Source: Cladosporium halotolerans
Lineage: Eukaryota
DNA: 64,000 nucleotides
Assembly (NCBI RefSeq): GCF_011745625.1
Contig: NW_027191478.1
Coordinates: forward strand, 1 to 64,000
Direction of reading: 5' to 3'
Part shown: one piece after another, positions 59,289 to 64,000 of the stretch
Layout: every line of letters starts with the position of its first letter
Numbering within the stretch: position 1 is the stretch's first letter
The notes under the pieces: model-generated
The model's database searches: none
Told to the model about the DNA's origin: nothing
What the model saw: the letters and a program-made list of their open reading frames with translations, nothing else
Position numbers and translations under genes: made by a program

Positions 59289-60343
59289 GTTGACTGCGGG
59301 GTGCGTTCAAGTCTGATTAAGCGACTATGGCGACAGACGGGTTTGACATCGGATGGGTGGATGGATGGTGTGAAGTGCAAAGTCTCCGCTACCGGCCCCA
59401 CAAGGCTTGATCACGACATCGCAGGCGGCCGGTGAGGTTCGCAACGTGAGGGCTGCCCGTATTGACGACCAAGATACGTCAGAACTGTCTGGCTCCAATC
59501 ATTCGCTATTGTGAATCTCTGTGCAGATCAGGTGTTGTCTCTGTAAACGAAGTAGGATGCCGCGCTTATGCAGCTCTGAAGCTTGGAAATATGCATGAAC
59601 TATTATAAACACAATGTGATCGTACTAAAAAATGATCCAGGTCAATAGCAATTTTAACTGGCTAATTCCTCTCCACATGGCAATCTTCTCAAATTGAGTG
59701 AGGCAACTGTATTTTCTGCGATAATGTAATGTCAGTTGTAAGTTTTCAGGTGCATATATGCGGGAATTGCGACCTATTGTTCATATAGCTGCGTCAACCT
59801 TCACGAAAAGTCGTAAGCGACCAGATCATTGTACTCCCAAGCATCCAGAACACTGTATAGAAATTGTTGAAATAAGCCCTAGACATCTCAAAATATCGAG
59901 ACATGCAAATTTACATAATTCACGAAGTTTCATCGACATTACGGCGACGACGCACGAAGGCACCTCCGTTGACGCCAAAACAGCCAACCCCAACCCTAAC
60001 CCTAGTAACCCGAATCGCCCAGGCCTTGATGGAGATTTGCATGTAAGTTAGATTGAAACAACGTAGCATTCGTACTCCTAACGTGATGACCAAAAGCTTT
60101 TTTTCAAGTAGCTTGAAGCCTTTCCCGAAGGATCGATCAGCATTGTCAGCCCTCCTCGACGCTTCCACCATTCGAGGAGTCTTGCAGCGGAGGAAACGAT
60201 TCAACCCCGCACCCGGCCAAAAATTCCACGCACATTGTTGGCCCTGCAAAAACGTTGGATTCCCAACCCTCGCCTGCGAAACGTGGCAATCCTCATTCCC
60301 TCGAACACACAACAAGAGATACAGACAAAAAGCAAAAGGATAA

Positions 60344-60442
60344 TGATCAGAGTGGGACTCGAACCCACGAGGATTGCTCCACTAGCAAGTAGCTTTCAAG
60401 GTCTACCTGAAGCTAGCGCCATAACCACTCGGCCATCTGACC
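60344..60442 (-). tRNA. tRNA-Leu(CAG) with 18-nt intron
   Basis: GGTCAGA/TCTGATC+A73 acceptor, D arm TGGCCGAGTGGTTATGGCG, anticodon stem CTAGC/GCTAG with TT-CAG-G, intron TAGACCTTGAAAGCTACT after position 37, long variable arm, GGTTCGAGTCC T-loop, downstream oligo-T. Confidence 0.95.
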
Positions 60443-60618
60443 GAATTTGTTGATGTCCAACTGGTTGCATTGTTTATGTCGGCCAGCGATTGACTGCATT
60501 CGCTTCCGTCCATTCAGTATGACCTTTTAGTCCTATGTTTGATCTTCCAGAGCCTCGCCGGAACACCCAGATTATTGCTACCTAGGTAGTTCCAAAGTGG
60601 ACCCCTTCAGCCAAGCCA

Positions 60619-62190
60619 TCAGTCTACAAACTGCCTCGTCATATACTTCCTGTGCCCGCGGTTGAACAACGTCCACCCACCACCACCGGCAGGCAAGAGC
60701 TCGAACATCTCCCAGCGCGGATCACACCCTCCCCCAATAACGTAAACCACCGCACCCTCATCATCATTCCTGATCCCACTAACTCCATGCTCTCTCGCCT
60801 TTGCCCTGGCCTTCGGCGCAAAGGCCAGCACGCCCTTGGGCGGCCTTCCAGCCGGATCGGCCGGCAGGGGCGGCACAGGGATTCCGACTCTCTTCCTGTG
60901 TCCTGTAGGCGCCACCGTCCAGCTATGCGAGGGCCCGCCCTGCCAGTGCGGAGGATCAGAGCCCATGTAGATAGGCGCGGAAGCGACGGAGCGGACGTCC
61001 TTGAGGACGCGCGGGGCGAGGGAGGAGGATTTGAAAGCCTGCAGGGCTGAGACGGGGGGTTGAGGGCCGCCTGGGGATGCGGAGGCAGGCGGCGGGCGCA
61101 GGCCGTAGTATTCTTGCACGCTGCCGCCTTGGTGGGTGTTGGCGCTTGCGCTGTGGGGGCTGGAGCGGCCGGAGAGGGCGGAGGAGAGGGAGGCGTGGTC
61201 GAGGGCGCCGGCTGAGAGGCGGTGGTCGGCGTAGGATTGGCTTTTGCGGTGGGTGGAGCGGGGTTCTGATGTTGTTGGGGTGGCGGGTTCGGGGTTGGCG
61301 GTGTTGCCGGGCTTCATGTCGAAGATGTGCAGGGTGCCTTTGTCGGAAGTGCAGGCGAGCCAGCGGTTTTCCGGACTGATGGCAAGACCGGTGATAATGG
61401 AGCTGTCTACGCCACGGCGGAATTCGCCAATCTGGTCTAGAGTAGTTGCATCAAACGCCCGCAAGATGGTACCCTTGCCAGAAGCTGTTGCCAAGACAGA
61501 TCCATCCTCGGAGATGGCGATGGCACGCAGGGCAGAAGAATGCGCGCGGAAGACTCGTTTTGAGCCTGTGGGAAGAGGTATCACCTGCACTTGTCCCGGT
61601 GACTGAGCCGGTAGCACCAGCAGATGGTCGTTAAGACACCCTATTGCGAATGTGTTGACCGCCGTGGGATACAAATTCCTGACTTTGTTGAGACCTCTTT
61701 CCGTCAAGCCAGATTCATCGATCTCGTCAGAAGGTGATACTGGGGGTGTTGGCTGCTGGGTGTTCAGTTCTTGATACTCGTACAACAGTGTTCGTTCGGC
61801 CAGAATGATCACCGCAAAAGAGCTCGCCAATCTCACGCCCAGTACGCGCTCGTGAAAGTTTATAGTGTTAAGCTGTCGACCCAAGGCAGCGTCCCAGAAG
61901 GACAGAACATTTGGACTGGCAAAAGGAGCTTTACCGCCACCGACGACAGCCAGATAACGGTCGTCAAGCACGGCGGCAATGCCTACACCCCCATCAGTGA
62001 GGGTAGCAGGAGCTTTGCCTTTGCCATCTATCTCAGACAGTGGTGGTTGATATGTCGGAAGGCAGTTGTCGATCCTGAAGACCCGGCAGCCTTCCGATAA
62101 GGCAGCGATGAAGCGATTTCTTGTAGCCGAGAAAGAGACGCCTAGGACAACAGCATCATCTGAGCTTTGGATAGGCTGGCGAGTGTTCAT
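60619..62190 (-). CDS. HSV2: PROPPIN WD40 phosphoinositide-binding protein (Hsv2/Atg18 family)
   Basis: AHSSALRAIAISEDGSVLATASGKGTILRAF, lipid-binding FRRG, LACTSDKGTLHIFD. Confidence 0.85.
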   Translation of the reverse strand: MNTRQPIQSSDDAVVLGVSFSATRNRFIAALSEGCRVFRIDNCLPTYQPPLSEIDGKGKAPATLTDGGVGIAAVLDDRYLAVVGGGKAPFASPNVLSFWDAALGRQLNTINFHERVLGVRLASSFAVIILAERTLLYEYQELNTQQPTPPVSPSDEIDESGLTERGLNKVRNLYPTAVNTFAIGCLNDHLLVLPAQSPGQVQVIPLPTGSKRVFRAHSSALRAIAISEDGSVLATASGKGTILRAFDATTLDQIGEFRRGVDSSIITGLAISPENRWLACTSDKGTLHIFDMKPGNTANPEPATPTTSEPRSTHRKSQSYADHRLSAGALDHASLSSALSGRSSPHSASANTHQGGSVQEYYGLRPPPASASPGGPQPPVSALQAFKSSSLAPRVLKDVRSVASAPIYMGSDPPHWQGGPSHSWTVAPTGHRKRVGIPVPPLPADPAGRPPKGVLAFAPKARAKAREHGVSGIRNDDEGAVVYVIGGGCDPRWEMFELLPAGGGGWTLFNRGHRKYMTRQFVD

Positions 62191-62819
62191 TGCGCGATGG
62201 CGAAGCCGAACTGCTCAACTATTCGGGACTAGATGTTCGACGACGGTATGGTAGCGTGACTGGCTACTTCGCTAGCTACTCAGATTGTAGTTCGAAGACG
62301 GCGATCAAGGTGATAGCATTGTGGCAGTAGAAGTTTGCATGCGAGTCGGCAAGCACAAAGTCGATGGGAACGATAAAGGACGACTTCGCGAAGCAAGCAA
62401 TACCGTCAAGTCATCAAGTGCCTCAAGGGTGAGGTATGTATGCACTGAGCACAGTGAATCGTCACATCACATGGAGCAATAGAGTGTAGGGTCACCAGCC
62501 TATCGGGCCCAGCCGAGCCCACCGCTAGCTCCGGGGCAAAGCTACGGCGGCCGAGCGAGCCCCTTTGCGTTGCGCTTGCCCTGGGCCTGTCCCTGAGCGC
62601 GCGCTGCTCGCCCTTGCCAGCTTGCACAGGCATTCATTCCCACTGCTGGCCGTCTGCATCCCCACGACACCTCACTCACCCACCCGCTCACATCCATCCA
62701 TCCCACCCGACCTCTCGTCACTCGCTTTACTGCCGCGCCGGACGAGCACACTGCCACCACCCAGCGGAAAAGAACGCCCCAACACCCCACCGCCAGTCCA
62801 ACAACACCCACTCCACAAA

Positions 62820-64000
62820 ATGTCGGCCGCCGGCAGCGCGCTCAAGCTCCGCCGCAAGAAGAATGTGAAGAAGGGAATCCAGTTCTGCCTCATGGTCTGT
62901 GGTGCCTCCGGTACTGGCAGGACGACCTTCGTCAACACCCTCTGCGGCAAGCCCGTCCTGGAGGGCCGCGACAACGATGATCCCACCACCGCCCACATCG
63001 AGGAGGGCGTCCGCATCAAGCCCGTCACCGTCGAGCTCGAGCTTGACGAGGAAGGAACTCGCGTCAGCCTGACCATTGTCGACACCCCTGGCTTTGGCGA
63101 CGCCATTGACAACGAGGCTGCCTTCGGCGAGATCAGCTCCTACCTTGAACGCCAGTACGATGACATTCTCGCCGAGGAGAGCAGGATCAAGCGTAACCCG
63201 CGCTTCCGCGACAACCGCGTGCACGTGCTGCTGTACTTTGTCCAGCCGACTGGTAAGACTGCCCGAATACACAGATTGGCACGCGAGAGCCTTCAAGGAG
63301 CGGCCCGCCTTTTTGAACCAGCTGACACTATCTTCCTGCAGGTCACGGTCTCCGTGAGCTCGACATTGAGCTCATGCGCCGCCTCTCTCCCCGTGTCAAC
63401 GTCATTCCCGTCATTGGCAAGGCGGACTCATTGACCCCGCTCGAGCTGGCCGAGAGCAAGAAGCTGATCATGGAGGACATTGAGCACTACCGCATTCCCG
63501 TGTACAACTTCCCCTACGACATCGAGGAGGATGATGAGGACACTGTTGAGGAGAACGCCGAGCTGCGTGGTCTGATGCCTTTCGCTATCGTCGGCAGCGA
63601 AGACACCGTCGAGCTCGAGGGCCGCACAGTCCGCGCTCGTCAGTACCCGTGGGGTCTCGTCGAGGTTGACAACCCCCGCCACTCCGACTTTCTCGCCATC
63701 CGCTCCGCCCTCCTTCACTCTCACCTTGCCGACTTGAAGGAAATCACTCACGATTTCTTGTACGAAAACTACCGTACCGAGAAGCTTAGTAAGAGCGTGA
63801 ACGACACCACCTCTGGCGGCGACAACCAGGAGTCTCTCGACCCGCAGTCTCTCGCCTCGCAATCCGTCCGTCTGAAGGAGGAGCAGCTGCGCCGTGAGGA
63901 GGAGAAGCTGCGCGAGATCGAGATCAAGGTGCAGCGTGAGATCGAGCAGAAGCGCCAGGAGCTTCTGGCACGCGAGAGCCAGCTCAAGGAGCTCGAGAGC
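62820..64000 (+). CDS. CDC11: Septin Cdc11/AspA (3' end beyond window)
   Basis: Intron 63253-63341; LRRKKNVKKGIQFCLMVCGASGTGRTTFVNTL (Arg in the P-loop, as in Cdc11), DTPGFGD, GKAD, RQYPWG, C-terminal coiled coil. Confidence 0.95.

Noticed and set aside
60185..60220. GATTCAACCCCGCACCCGGCCA resembling a tRNA 3' half
   Set aside because: No D arm, anticodon arm or matching acceptor strand could be built.
60344..60442. Possibility that tRNA(CAG) is a reassigned Ser/Ala tRNA as in some yeasts
   Set aside because: It has the leucine identity elements A73, A35 and G37 and a normal U33.
62565..62819. N-terminal extension of the septin ORF
   Set aside because: It has a non-ATG start; Cdc11 homology begins at MSAAGSALKLRRKK (62820).

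Overview
Gene-dense region of a filamentous ascomycete genome, with short GT-AG introns, CTRAC-type branch sites and GC3-rich codons. A Dothideomycete origin is plausible but is inference. About 25 protein-coding genes and one intron-containing tRNA-Leu(CAG) are supported. The left ~13 kb looks accessory. It holds an MFS sugar-porter gene, absent from the ORF track, that is cut off after TM1 by a repeat-rich element, and divergent from it a cytosolic PA14-type GH3 beta-glucosidase followed by an intronless nitrilase. Together these form a candidate uptake/deglycosylation/nitrile-hydrolysis module for nitrile-bearing glycosides. The rest is mostly core genes: RPS13, SMC5, FUM1, MDM38, PKA regulatory subunit, SQOR, HSV2, CDC11, a BAH-PHD reader, a Ctr copper transporter, a GH16 and a Zn2Cys6 factor, plus a divergent SDR/P450 pair. 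The most notable non-coding signals are long introns folding into nested hairpins, and an ATG-less, PAM2-like 'orphan exon' just downstream of the CBM48 gene's stop codon, whose branch site lies in a perfect 8-bp stem. All exon boundaries were derived by eye and no database searches were run.
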